Shown: piece by piece, positions 11,080 through 25,000 of the stretch | How positions within the stretch are numbered: the first letter of the stretch is position 1 | How the letters are laid out: every line of letters begins with the position of its first letter | Origin: Hypanus sabinus | Taxonomy: Eukaryota | Reading direction: 5' to 3' | DNA: 64,000 bases | Assembly (NCBI RefSeq): GCF_030144855.1 | Contig: NC_082722.1 | Span: 20,832,001-20,896,000, forward strand | Made by a program: the position numbers and the translations under genes | The notes under the pieces: generated by a model | The model's database searches: none | What the model was told of the DNA's origin: nothing | Seen by the model: the letters and a program-made list of their open reading frames with translations, nothing else

Positions 11080-12527
11080 TTCTTGCATAAGTGTCCAACA
11101 ATAATCTGCCAGCATTGATGGATTGCAACTGCCTTGATACTGTTTTTTTCATATCCGCAATCTCCTTCTGAATCCATTCATCATGCTCGTTAGGAACAGC
11201 ACCAATACCTGCATGGAAGAAGTCTAAATGGGAATGCAGTAAAATGATGTTTTACTGATGGTCTGTACTTCTTGGTTTTATATGCTTGAAGTAAGTTGCA
11301 CGTAATTTGATTCTCTGTAATTGTCAATAATTCTTCAACGACGTCCTTGCATGCCTTCCACGGGATTTTCTCCAGGCCCAATAGATGTTCTTCGAATGGG
11401 CTGCCATTGAAGACTTGTTTGTTATGCGGACCAACAGAAAATGCCTTCCTTAATTTTCGAATCAGTTAGCCTGGGGAATGTTTCTCTCAAATATCGAAAG
11501 CATCCACGGAAATTCTTGTACCTGGAGACAACAGATTTCATCCTTGTAGTTTTAAACCCACGAATTCTGCTTTTCACTTTGACAAACACAAGTCTCTGAT
11601 CAAGTCATTTAACTCAGATTGAGTATCACAAGAGACAATGTCGACATTAAGAGTTCAAAATCTGTACTGGTATCAGTGTTGTTTTTCCATCCCTGCCTCT
11701 CACACATTTTCATCTTCCTCTGCCTCCTCTACACGCCATGTCTCTGGTGGCTTCAGTACAGCAAGATTATCATCATGTGGTATAGGTTTCGATGCTGAAA
11801 GTAGATATCGGTGTTCACTTGATTTCTTTTTTATATCAGAGAAACCAGCCACACTGGTCAGATAGAACTCGCTGTCGCTATATCATCGGTACCATGAATG
11901 CTATTGTCTTCCTACTATCACTGAGCCAATCTCTCAGATCGATAACGCCTGTTGGGCAACAAATATGTAGGGCCCAGGCATAGAGGTGGTTGTCAATCTT
12001 ACACTCAAAGTGCAATTCATGGGCTTCCTTTGTAAGAAAAGTCAAACTCCGAGGTTGATATCTAAGCTTATACTCGCCACAAGTATAACAGAAAGCATCG
12101 CAGTTGATACAGCATGGGCGATACATCTTGCTTTCACAAATAATGCTGAAAATAAATCAACTTGATTCTAACGAATACACACAATATGCTCTGCCCGCCT
12201 GGCATTCGCAGGAACATGATTACTGACCGATGTACATTCAACGCAACGCATAGAACAGAGTGTGTGTGATGCTTTGGTAATGTTTTTAAAACCTGTCCTG
12301 CCTTGCAGCACAAGCCCTGACTAATGCCCCGACAAGAAGAAAACTTTTCAGCCTACTTTGTGGGCAACCATTTAATTGACTTGAATTATGAATTGAAATA
12401 TCAAATATAGAAGATTTAAAAAATATACATGACAGGGAAACTTCATGGTGATTTTCATGATGAGTAGTACACAATCCATAAGACAAACCTGGAAGTATTC
12501 AAGATGCAAAATCTTTGTTGTCCAGTG
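11080..12527 (-). mobile_element. Degenerate DNA transposon, Chapaev3-like (CMC), internally deleted
   Basis: Terminus CACTGGACAACAAA at 12527; N-terminal CDAFCYTCGE...WALHICC; QSELNDLIRDLCLSK; C-terminal EKIPWKACKDVVE...HSHLDFF. Family name recalled from motif similarity, not searched. Confidence 0.65.
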
Positions 12528-14412
12528 AACTCGGAGGAGAGGTGGCGAACACATGTGCCTTGGAGCCGAGAGGCAGATGAAGATGGGACGGGGAGGGACT
12601 CAGTATACTAGGGTTTACCTACACTGGCGATGATCTTGAGTTGTAGATTATGAAAGCTGAATATGAAGCCTCAGGCATGCTATGGTATGTTGACCTCTGT
12701 TGCAAAGGACTTGATGCATGACAATAAAGCCATCCTGCAGCAAGGCAAAATGGCTCGGTTTAGCCACAATTGCGAACCATTTTGATCTTTTTTCAATGGT
12801 ATGTTTTTTCTTAGAAGAAGTACAGTGAAATTCTCTAAATTGAGTCAAGCAGCATTTATGGAGAGAAGTGAACAGTAGAGGTTTCGTGCCCGGACTCTTC
12901 ATCAGAACTGGAAGGAAGTAAAGAAGAAAGAGAGATAGCCAGTATTAAAAGATCAGGAAAAACTTGGAGCAAGATTTGGAGAGCAATACGTGGATCTAGG
13001 AGAGTAAGTGCTTAGCATCACTCTCCTAAATCACTATGATCTTCCCTCTGCGTACTCACAATTTATCAGACTAAGTTCCTCGCTCATGATCATGGCTGAT
13101 CCAGTCAGAAGCCCAGATTCTGCTTTCCTTTTTGTCTGCAACTTGCACCGTTATAAGTCAGCTTTAATTTGTCGCTATTCGGTTGCTTTCTAAAATTCTC
13201 CTGCAAACTATTGATATAATTTACGCCATGTAATCTAAATGCTGGAATAGTGAAGAAAACCATACTTCAAATCTCGTTTTGGCAGCGTGCGAGATGCGTT
13301 CAACTAATGAATTAATGAATCGTATGAATAATGGTTCCCACGACTGAGGTACAGCACTGTCGAACACTGGAATAAATCCAGTAGATCATCGCTGCCATCC
13401 ATAATTTAATATGAGAAATCTATATTCCCTCTAATTCTTGTTTAGCTTAATGAATAATTTCATCTGCTTGAGTGATAAAAGTATTTTGTTATTGGCCTAG
13501 CAAATCGGCTAGTGCTTAAACAGGACTCCGACGAAATATAGGATGCGAACAGACCAATGGTTCTCGATCCACGGGATGAACCGAACTGGTGATTCGGAAA
13601 AGGTGAAAGGCGGAGGAATCTATTTCATGATAAGCGTCGCTTCTCCGATGTAGCAGTTTTCTCGTGATCTTGTTCGTCCAAACTTGAACAGCTAACGATC
13701 AAACGCCGGCTGTTCTATCTACCAAAAGCGTTCCACTTCATGATCTTGCCCGCAGTTTACATACCAGCATCGTCCGACTGAGATACGGCATGATGCCATC
13801 TCCAAATAGGTAACAGTCCATCTCGACGCATTTCAGATCATCGTAGGGGAATTCAATGAGGCTTTTTTGAAGCAATGTCTGCCCAATTACCCTCAGTGTA
13901 TGACCTGTAGCACCAGAAGAACTGACACACTAGACCAATGCTAATGTATAAACAGATAAGAAATGCCTACACTTCCAAGCCTAAAAGCCTCATCTGACCA
14001 CTTTGTTGTCCTTCTCCTACCTGCACAGAGACAAAAGTAAACGAGCAAGGATCCAGAGAATAAGAACAACAAGGTGGACGCAGCAGGCAGTGGAAAGGCC
14101 ACGTGATTGGTTCTAGTCTGGGCTGTGTTCAAGGTCTGGTCTACGAAACTGAATAAATACTTCAGGGTTATTACGGACGTGTAGAGAAAACATTTGTAGA
14201 GAAGTGAGTCCAAGGGGCCTGGATGAACCATGGCATCTGCAGTCTGCTGAGGTCAGATCACAGGCATCAAAACTGGCGACCAATGAAGTTATAAAATATC
14301 CATAAAGGCCTTTTGTCACGGAGAAGTGACAATTCCAGATTAAACTTGAATGACTGAAGGATGCCTAACTGTTGCGGCTGGGCTTGAATGCTATCAAAGT
14401 GCAATCAAACGA

Positions 14413-16131
14413 GAAAATCTGTAGATCCTGAAAATCTGAAGCCACACACACAATATGCTGGAGAAACTCAGCAGTCCTGTTAGCACTTATATAACAGATT
14501 AATCAGTTCACGTCTTGTGTCGAGATCCTTCATCAGAACTGGAAAGAAAGTGGAAGCAGCCAAAATAAGAGGGAGCGGAGAAACCTTGTTTCAGGATGGT
14601 CTCAACGATCTCCACATTTACCTGGATGGCAGACCAAACCAGTTGCACTGTCCTCTGTCTGGCAGATCTGGAACTCATCTTCAACAATTTCGCTTTGTGA
14701 TCCTCTGACTTCCTTCAGCCCCAAGGTACAGCTATGCGCAAACGCATAAGTCCTAGCAATGGCTGATCTTTTGTTAACCACGTGGAACAGTCAATGTCCC
14801 AATATTACACCAGCATGGCTGCCGAACTCTTTCAACATTGCGTTGATGACTGCATTGGTGCTGCTTCCTGCACCCATACAAAGCTCATCAATTTCATCAA
14901 CGTTGCCTCCAACGTCCATGCTGGCCTCAAATTGTTCAATTTCTGAAATATGTCTCCACTTTCTCGATATATGTCTCAATCGCGGTAGACAGTCTTACTA
15001 CGGATGCATTTTATAAACACATTGACTATCACAGCTATCTGGACTACATCTATTCCCACACTGTCACTTGTAAAAATGCATCTGCACTCATGATGACGCT
15101 TTCCATTCCAGTACTATTGAGATGTTCTCCTTCTTCACGAAAAGGGAATTTCTTGCTTGCACCATCAACACTTCCCTGACCAGCGTCTGCTCCATTTCGC
15201 GCCATCCTCCCACTCAAACACAGCGATAGGATTCCTCTTACCCTCAGGTACCATCTCATTGCCTCCGCATCCAGCATATCATTCAATGTAACTGCCACCA
15301 TTTCCTACAGGATCCCACCATTATGCATAACTTTCCCTAATCCCCCCCCCCACACACACACACACTATCCGCTCTCCACAGGGCGTCCCTATGCAAATCC
15401 TTTGTCCACTCGTCCCACCCAACTGACCGCTCTCTGGGCACTTAGTCTTTCAAGCAGAACAAGTGACACACTTGCCCATGCGCTTCCTCCCTTATGACCA
15501 CTCAGGGCCCCAAACAGTAAGACGACACTTCAACAGCCATTCAATTGGTGTTACCTACTCCATCCGGTGCTACCAGCGTGGAATCCTGTTTTTCGGTGAG
15601 ACTCGACGTAGATTAGGAGAACGCTTCATCGAGCAGCATCTTTCCGTCTGCCACAGAAAGTAAGATTTCTCGGTGGCCACTCATTTTAATTCCACTTCCA
15701 ATCCCCATTGCACATGTCAGACCATGGCCTCGTCAACTGCCACAATCAGGGCACACTCAGGATGGAAGCCCAACACCTTAAGTTTCCTCTGGTTAGACTC
15801 CAACGTGATGAGATAAACTTCTCGCAATTCCTTCCCTTCCCCCACCCCATCACTTCCCATTCTGGATTCAGTCTCTCACTTTACCGGCCCATTAACCTCC
15901 CTCTGGTGATACTCCTCCTTCACTTCCTTCCGTCCTCTCCTAACAGGTGCCTCCTTCTCCAACTCATGAGTTCTTTCATCAATCAACATCCCAGCACTTC
16001 ACTTCTCCCCCTCCCTGTCTCAGGGATCCACCTATCACCTGTCAACCTTGAACGTCGACTATTTACGCCTTTTCATAGATGCTGCCTGCTTTGCTGAGTT
16101 CCTCCAACATTTTGCATGTCTTGCTTTGAAG
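14413..16131 (+). mobile_element. Penelope-like element remnant with GIY-YIG region and inverted 5' terminal repeat
   Basis: GETRRRLGERFIE, VATHFNSTS; flanked by TCAAACGA duplication at 14405-14412 and 16132-16139. Confidence 0.8.
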
Positions 16132-16964
16132 TCAAACGACAATAATGCTTCGCGGCCAGATGAGCTAAATGTTTTCTATGCTAGCCGTGATCGTTAAAAC
16201 AATGAGGAACATCTCAAACTCCAACAGGCCCCGATAATTCTGTGATTTCAGTCTCTGAGACGACTTGACAGCTCCCTTTAGGACAGTGAACCTACGGAAA
16301 GCAACCGGCCCAGATGGGATACTTGCCGAGAACTAAAGAATTGTGCTGATCAACCTAAGGTGCTCCTCGGCTTCAAACAGTCTGCGATTATTCCAGTGCT
16401 TATGAAGACGGCAGTAACCTGCTTTCTTCCTGTAGCACTTCGATCCAGAGGGAGAAAATGTTTAGATTTTTGGTAATGTAATGCTGCCTAATACAAGATT
16501 TAGATCCGTCTAATTTGCCCACCGTTATGACAGATTTACAGCAGGTGCTCTTTCATTGGCTCTTCGATTAGCCTGGAATATCTGTATACATTAGGATGCT
16601 CCTTATCGAATCACCTTGGAATGCACAACTACGATCTGCGCAAAACTAATCAATTAGCTTCAAGATTTTAGCTTCAATGCCCGTTTGAACAATTTATTCC
16701 ACGATTTCCTCAGTTGAAGATGCGGTGACTACAGATTGACAACAACATCTCCTCCACAAGCTCCATCAGCACAGCTGCCCCACAAGGCTGTGTGATCACC
16801 ATCCTGCTCTGATCGATTTACACCTATAATTGCGCGGCTAAGCACAGCTCCAAAGCAGATTTAATAGTTCTGAGGACACCACTATCGTGGGCCGCATCAA
16901 ATGTGGATACCAATTCGTATGTAGCAGGTAGATTGAAAATCTGACTGAGTGGTGCCAGAGCGAG

Positions 16965-16965
<1 letters not shown>

Positions 16966-17000
<35 letters not shown>

Positions 17001-17045
17001 AAATAAATAGTTAAATAGATAGATAGATAATAGATAAATAAAAAT
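16966..17045. repeat. Compound microsatellite (ATCA)n(ATAA)n(ATAG)n
   Basis: Directly visible; interrupts the Rex RT frame. Confidence 0.9.
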
Positions 17046-18789
17046 AAACATTTATTCAATGTCAGGAAGAGGAACGAGATGATTATTCACTTCAAGAGAA
17101 AGAAACCGTAGGTTCATGAGCCAGTCCTCACTGGGAAATCAGAGCTAGAGAGGGCTAGCCACTTGTAGTAACTCAATGTAATAATTTCAGATGACGTTTC
17201 CTGGTTATGGTGATAGCATAGCAGTGCATTTGCTTCCTTTAGAGTTTGCAAAGAACTTGCGTGACATCCACAGCTTTGCTTTACTGCCGTAGATGTCCAG
17301 TGGAGCTTAAATTGAAACAACTGAGCCCAAAAACGGAAATACCTTTAAAATATGAGGATACCGCACAGCCCAACACAGATAAAGTTCTCCTCACCGTTGA
17401 GCACATCCACATGCAGAGATATCGCAAGCAGCAGCATCTATCATCACGGACACCCACAAGCCAGGCCATGCTTTCTTCTCAATGCTGTCCTCAGAAAAAA
17501 AGATACAGCAGATTCTGGACTCATACCACCAAGATCAGGAAAAGTTCAACAAACAGGCTCCTGATCCAGAGGGAGTAACTGCGTCTATTTTCACATGCCC
17601 TAGCACTGAACTGTTCCAAAAACCTTTGTACTCACTTTCAAGGACTCTCCGTTTCATGTTCTCCATTGTTACAGCTTAAACATTAATATTATTATTATCA
17701 AATTTTGTTATATACTTTTTCTCAGCTCAAGCTGGTGAAGCCTAAGGTATGGCCCTACACAAACACACTGGGTTCTCAATTGCTAAGAATATTCAGACTA
17801 TTCCAGTGGTGTTTCTTGTTGCGCTTTGTGAAAATCTACATAAATTTTGCTGTATACATCGAATTGTTTGATGATCCTGTGTTGTGACGGCGGAATGATA
17901 CAAGTTGTAGATGTTAGTATTTGGACAGAGTTTCCGGTTCATATTCTATAGTCTTTCAATTTCCTTTTTCAATCTACAGATTTCTGGATTTATTCACTTA
18001 AGTGAAAAAGTGAAAAGCGAAAAAAGTGTGCTGGCAACGGCTATATCTATCAAGGAAGATGTCCTTGCTTATTCATCCTGTAATCTATCCGCACAGTTAT
18101 TATGGATTGTCCTGTCTCTGATACATCTGTCTCTGCCACTCTGCGCACTGTTCTATGATGTTAGACAGTATGAAGGTCTTATCAACACAACCTCTGCTTC
18201 TCCTGAAGCCTCCTTGCTCTTTCCTCAAGCACAAATCTCCAGCATCTGAATCCGTTGGACAATGACGAAATTTACACAACAATCAGATAAAACTTCGAAG
18301 GATCTATTTTCTGTAATAATAGATAGATCGTAATATTCTTTGTGTGATTCTGACTCTGAAACAGGACCAAGCTTGTATTGGACCTGTTTTAGGATCAAGC
18401 TTTGTTCTTTTATCAGGTTGTACTTTAAAGCAAGACTTTTCTGATCGGTATTTGCTAATTCATTGTGCCAGTGCAAGTAATCAGATTAAATTAAACAGCT
18501 GCAGGATCCCGCAATATGGTCGATTGTTTCTGTTACTTTTTCCTGTTGAAATGTTCTACAATTATCAGCTTGAATTTGTTAGTTTTTAATAATTTTTGCT
18601 AATTGCTGCTATGTTAACCACCTGCTCCTGCATGTTATATGAATATAAATGGTGAAGAACGCACGGCTGTGACACATGGATGTTCGGATGACTGGTTCGA
18701 AGAAGGCTACTATGAGCCTGCGTCAATAAAGTTACAAAAGGTCTAGATTCGATTCCTGGAAAGCAGACTGTAAGCAAACTGTGCAAATA

Positions 18790-20950
18790 CAGATATAAAT
18801 AAGCAGCAATACATAACGAGTTTGAATTAACAATGTAGCAGAGCCCTTAAATGAGTGTAGTTATCCTCTTGTTCAAGAGGCTGGTGGTTGAGTGGTGGTA
18901 ACTATTCTTGAACCTGGTGGTATGAGCCCGGAGGCACTTGTAACTTCACCCTGATATCAGCAGCGAGAAAAGAGCATGTCGTTGGTGGTGAGGATCTTTG
19001 CTGATTGATGCTGCTACGGCAGCATTTCATGTAGATGCGCTCAATGGTCGGGAGGGTTTTACCGTAATGTAACCAAGCGAATCCACTACTTTTGTAGCAT
19101 CTTACGCTCAAAGGCATTGGTGTTCCCTTATCAGGCTGGAATCCAGCCAGTCAGCGCACTTTCACCACATACCTATAGAGGTGTGCCAAGGTTGTCGATA
19201 ACATGCAGAAACTCGTAGCAAGTAAAGGCGCTGTCGTGCTTTATTCGCTGTAAAATTTATATAATAAGCCCAGGACAGGTCCTATGAGAGAGTGACATCT
19301 AGAACTTTAAATTAACTGACCCTCTCCAGCTCTGCTCCTCCGATAGTTATTGGCTCTGGGCCTCCAGTTTCCCTTTACTGAAGACTACAATCAGTTTCTT
19401 GGTCTTATTGACATTGAATGAGAGGCTGTTGCTATTATATCACTCAAACAACTTTTCAATATCCCTACTCTATGCTGTTTCATCATCCCTTTTGATGCAG
19501 CCGACAAAAGTGGTGTGATCAGCATACTTATATATGGATACGTACACAACGCTGGAAGAACTCAGCAGGTCAGGCAGCATCCGTGAGAAAAGAGTAGCCA
19601 ATGTTTCGGGTCGAGACCCTTCAGCAGGAATGGGGGGGGGAAGAGAGGGCCGAAGCCCAGTAATAGAGATAGGGGAGGGGGATGGTCCAGAGGCGCCAGG
19701 TGGAAAAACAATCAGAGGAAAGAAAAATGGGGGAGGGGATAAGCATAAAAGAACTTTAGAGATGAAGGAGCAGAAAGTCCAAAGGGGAGAGAGGCAGAGA
19801 GGGACCTTGGATAGGGGGATGGGAAGGGAATTACCGGAAAATGTAGAATTCAATGTTCACACCACCAGGCTGGAGACTACCCAGACAGTAGATGAGGTGT
19901 TGCTCCTCCAACCTGAGTTTGGCCTCATCATGGCCGTAGAGGAGGCCATGTATGGACATATCTAGATGGGGATGAGAGGCAGAGTTGAAGTGGGTGGCAA
20001 CCAGGAGGTCCTGTCTATTGTGACATACGAAGTGGAGGTGCTCGACAAATCTGTCTCCCAATCTGCGTCCGGTCTCGCCAATTTAGAGGAGGCCGCACCG
20101 GGAGCACCGGATGAAATAGACAACTCCAGCAGACTGGCAGGTTCAGTGTTGCCTTACCTGGAAGGACTGTTTGGGGCCCAAAATGGTGGTAAGAGGGGAG
20201 GTGTGGGGACAGCCTGGTCAACAGTTTCTTCCCAACAGAACTCCCACCCGACACTTATCCCTGTAAACGCAAATGCTACACATGTCCCCACACCTCCTCC
20301 CTTACCACCTGCAGTTCTTTCATGCTTATACCCTCCCCCCTTTATCTTTCCTCTGATCGGTTTTCCACCTGGTGCCTCTAGGCCCTAGCCCCTCCCCTAT
20401 GTGTATTACTGGGCTTCGGCCCTCTCTTCCCTCCCCCATTCCTAAAGAAGGGTCTCGGCCCGAAACTTTGGCTACTCTTTTCTCACGGATGCTGCCTGAC
20501 CTGCTGAGCTCTTCCAGTGTTGTGTACGTATCCTTTGATCCACAGCATCTGCAGTTGTATTTTTGTGTACTTGTATATGGTGTTGGAGCTGGACATAGCT
20601 ACGCAGATGTAGATGTATAGCGAGTGGAGCAAGGGGTTACGTAGGCATCTCTGCGGTGATCCTGTGCTGATGGAGATTGCGGAGAAGATGTTTTCGCAAT
20701 CCGAACGAAATCCAATGCTGGCGTCTACAATGAGGAAATCCAGGATCTAACTGGACAAGATCCTATTGAGTGCCAGTTTTTAGAGTTTACTGTTTGGTTT
20801 CGCGGGATAGATGGTGTTCAGTACCGTGTTGTAATATAAATCTCCGGAAAATAAATTTAAATGAGGGAGATAAGTCTGCAGAGGAATAGACCCGAGGCAT
20901 TATGTCTGGTGGAATGAGCGCTGCATTGCTGTGCTAATTCGCAGTATTAT
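18790..20950 (-). mobile_element. Second Rex-Babar remnant, split by Penelope at 19538-20567
   Basis: SSNTIYK|YADHTTFVG RT motif rejoined across the insertion; 3' end segment near 18900-19100. Confidence 0.7.
19538..20567 (-). mobile_element. Penelope-like element fragment with inverted terminal repeats
   Basis: GDRFVEHL...VATHFNS...LEEQHLIYCLGSLQP; about 260 bp inverted arms; 13-bp near-perfect TSD TACTT(A/G)TATATGG at 19525-19537 and 20568-20580. Confidence 0.85.
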
Positions 20951-22009
20951 CCCTGCTGCCATCAGGAAGGAAATACAGAAGCCTTAGGTCCCAGTCCGCC
21001 AGGTTTAGGAACAATGATTACCTTCAACCAGCAGGCCTCTCAACCAACGTGGATAATTTCACTCTTCTCGATACTGAACTGATTCGATAAACGATGGACC
21101 TGCTTTCAGTTACCTTACAACACATGTTCTCAGCGTATTTCCTTGCCTAATTATTTATGATTATTACAATTTTCTGTATTTGCACAGTTTATCATCCTTT
21201 GCACATTGGTTGTTTGTCAGTCTTTGTATGCGGTTTTTTCATTGAATACTTTGCATTTCTTTGTTGCGCTGCTAATGCCCGAAAGAAAATGAGTCTCGGG
21301 TTAATTCATAGTGACAAATACGTACTTTGATGTTAAGTTTACTCTGAACGCTGAACTTCAACTTCAGGGTGCTGTAGATACATTGTAAATATTTCTGCGT
21401 GATGGTATATAAGAATGATCCATAGATGGGCGTGTAGCCAGTTAAGGCATGTTGGCCTGGCTACATTTGTGTCTGCTGAAATACAGAAACGGAAAAGTGG
21501 TATCGATGGATATGTATTTGATCTCCAGGGCTCCACACGAGGTAGCTATGAAAGGCATATATGTCCATGTGAGGAAACATAAATTACTCTCAGTACTTCG
21601 TGTCTTTGGACGTCTCTTCCTGAAACAAAACATTGAAACCTATATTTTTGTGTGATTTTAATGTTGACAATAAAGTCTGCTCAAGAAGCAGTAAGTCGAA
21701 CATTGCTGTGATGGGCGGGGTAGGAATTTGATATTATCGTCAGATCATTCACAATTTTGTTGAATGGCGAATCATGTCGAGTTGCCAAGTGCCCTTCTTC
21801 TGCTGTGTTATTTTCCCAGTATCCTGCAGACTTTTAAGATTCCAGATATTTCTTTGAAATCGCCGTCTTATTAGAAGGTAAGCTCCTTTCTCTTTTGAGT
21901 TACCTCTAACAATTCGCTGCAGCCAGGCACATTAAATAGCCCCGAATTTTGGCTCAATGGCAAAACTGCTTGACTTTCTATTGCCGGCATTGTTCGAATA
22001 ATTAGATAT

Positions 22010-22500
22010 ATACTCATTGGCCATTTTATTAGGTGCACTCGCATACCTGCTCGTTAATGCAAATATCTAGTCATACATACATGTGGGAGCAAAGTAATGC
22101 ATAAAAGCATACAGTCATGGCCAAAAAGTATAGTTGTTGCTCGGATCAAACATCGGAATGTGGAAGAAAACCGAGCAAAGTGACTTTGACCGTGGGGTGA
22201 TTGTTGCTGCCTAACTGGGTAATTTGATATCTCAGAAACTGTTGTTTGGCTCGCAACTTCATGTACAACAGTCTCCAAAGTCTAAAAAGAATGGTGCGAA
22301 ACAACGGGAAAACCATCAAGTGAGTGACAATTATTTAAGTGGAAATTCATACTTAATGAGTGAAACCAGAGGAGACTGTCTAGACTGGGTCATCCTGGCA
22401 AGAAGATGACAAAAAACACGTGTTACAGCAATGGTGTACAAAAGAGCATCTCTGAAAGCACAACACGTCGAACCTTGTAGCAGACGGGCTGCAACAGAAA
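22010..22500 (+). mobile_element. Tc1/mariner-like remnant shared with right arm (about 52860-53320, minus)
   Basis: SDFDRGVIVAA-like N-terminal remnant and Tc1-like terminal sequence. Confidence 0.5.
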
Positions 22501-23585
22501 AGATTACAAACATACAGAAATACAGTCAGTGGTCTCTTTATTGTATACTTGATTTATTTAATAAATTTGTCACTGCGATTATCGTGTCTATGGATGCGAA
22601 TTCATTTTTACTACTGATGCAGTTCATCTAAATGTTAGGCAGACTTGGCCGGGGGGAATGCATTTCCTACGCATGCTGTTCAGCTTTTATTGGTCAGATG
22701 GTACCTAAAGGTCAATTCCGTTTAACAATGATGGACAGGAATAAACTAACCTTCAATTTCCATTCCTAGATTAGGAATTGTGGTCCTTCATTTTATTTTC
22801 AGAACACGTGGACAATTTATTTTACTAATGGAATCAGGGATGCAACTTGAATTTTCCTGCTCCATTGTAGCATGTGTCGATTATTCAAGGACACTGATGT
22901 TTCCAATAGTTTGGTTGTCTCGATTTTCTGTTCAGTTTGTGCAACCGTGGTGCAGTTCGTAGCAAAACTGCACTACAGGCGACTCATTTGTTTGCATATT
23001 CGGAAAAAAGCGCTAGTTCTATCCTTAATATCTACTTTTTCCTTTTCGTTTCCTTTGCTGACCCTGACTTGTAGTTCCTCGCGGACATCGGTACTCTGTG
23101 GAAATGGGACCCGTTCTCCTGGCATCACGAGCGGCCGCTTTTAGATTTGCCGAGCACGCGGGTGGAAGACCAGCGTGCTGTCAGGATAACGTATTTTCCT
23201 GGCTCTCGAAACGAGTTCATTTGAGGCCGCTTCCGCAGGCTGATGTGTGGTGGGATTACGCGGAAGATCGAAAGCAGCGAGTTGGCTGCTGGCTATATGT
23301 CCAGAGACCACAGTTCTTTGGACACAGAGCTCGGAAAAAGCGTGGCAACAGTCTTTTAACACCATGATTCAACGAGGTGGTTTGTTATGTCTGCCCTCTC
23401 GCTGTGAAACGTGGGCATCTCTTATAAAAGTCGGAGAGAGCCCGTGGTATGTGGAAAACCGGGAGGACGAGTAGACTTTGGGGTACTGCGTCTATGTCTT
23501 TTTTTGAAGCTTTGCTGCACGCTTGAGTGCTCGGTTGAGGATACATATGCTTTTTATCATTGTAGTTGGAGGGGGCGGTCGTTGC

Positions 23586-24590
23586 TTAGCCCTCTATTTT
23601 ACTAAGCTGCATATACCTCTCTAAAAGCCTCTGAAAAGACCCTGTCGAATCAGCCTCCACCACCGTTGCTGGCAGTACATTCCAAGCACTCACCACTCTC
23701 TGTGTAAAAAACTTACCCCTGACATCTCCTCTGTACCTACACCCCAGCACCTTACACCTGTGACCTATTGTAGCAACCATTTCAGCTCTGGGAATAAGCC
23801 TCTGACTATCCAAACGATCAATGCCTCTCAGCATCGTGTACACCTCTGCCAGGTCACCTCGCATCATCCTTCCCCCCAAGAAGAAAAGGCCGAGTTCATT
23901 CAACCTATTCTCAGAAGGCATCTTCCTCAAACCAGGCAACATCCTTGTAAATCTCCTCTGCACACTTTCTGTGACTTCCACATCTTTCCAGTAGTGAGGC
24001 GACCAGAAATGAGCACAGTACTCCAAGTGGGGTCTGACCAGGGTTCTATACAGCTGCAACATTAACTCTTGGTTCCTAAATTCAACTCCACGATTAATGA
24101 AGGTCAATACACTATACGTCTTCTTAACCACAGACTCAATCTGTGCAGTTTCTTTGAGCGTCCTATGGACTCGGACCCCATGATCCTTCTGATTCTCCAC
24201 CCTGCCAAGAGTCTTAACTTTAAAACTATGCTCTGCCTTCATATCTGGCCTACCAAAATGAAACACTTCACATTTGTTGGAGTTGAACACCATCTACAAC
24301 TTCTCAGCCCTGTTTTGCATCTTATCAATGTCCCGATGTAACCAATGACAGCCCTCCACAATATCCATAACACCTCCAACGTTTTGTCATCAGCAAACTT
24401 ACTAACCCATCCCTCTGCTTCCTCAGCCAGATCATTTATAAATATCACGAAGAGCAAGGGTCCCAGAACAGATCCGTGAGGCACAGCACTGGTCACCAAC
24501 CTGCATGCAAAATATGACCCGTCTACAACCACTCTTCTGTGAGCTATCCAGTTTTGGATCTGCAAAGCAATGACCCCATGGATCCCATGG
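23586..24590 (-). mobile_element. CR1 LINE RT C-terminal fragment
   Basis: 235-aa ORF with KCEVFHFGR, LVRPHLEYC, FFTQRVVSAWN; upstream VPHGSVLGP and FADD. Confidence 0.9.
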
Positions 24591-25000
24591 TTCCTTCCGT
24601 TCTCAATAAGCCTTACATGTGTTAATTTCTGGTCACCTCATTATAGGAAGGATGTGCAAGCTATGGACAGGGTGAGGAGGAGATTTACCAGAATGTTGCC
24701 TGGGTTTGGAGAACAAGTCACATGAAATAACGTTAGCAGATCCAGGACTTTTCTCTTTGGAGCATGAAAGAATGTGAGGGGACTCTACAAAATTATGAGA
24801 GGCATAGATAAGGTGGATCGTCAGGACCTGTCTCTCAGGGCACCAATAGCAAACACCAGAGGGCACATGTACAAAATTATGGGAGAGAGGTTTAGGGAAG
24901 ACATCAGGGGTAAGTTTTTTTTTAATCAGAGGGTTGTGAGTACCTGGAATGACATGCCAGGAATGGTGGTGGAGGCTAAAACATTAGGGGTACTGGACAG

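Larger units (their letters stand above)
13530..17640 (+). mobile_element. Rex-Babar-type non-LTR retrotransposon remnant, split by Penelope at 14413-16131
   Basis: APE-like GKxKGGGIxFMI, DELNVFYA, KNCADQ, APQGCV and the typical 3' end segment (GHALFS-like, YSRFWTHTT); many stops. Confidence 0.75.
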
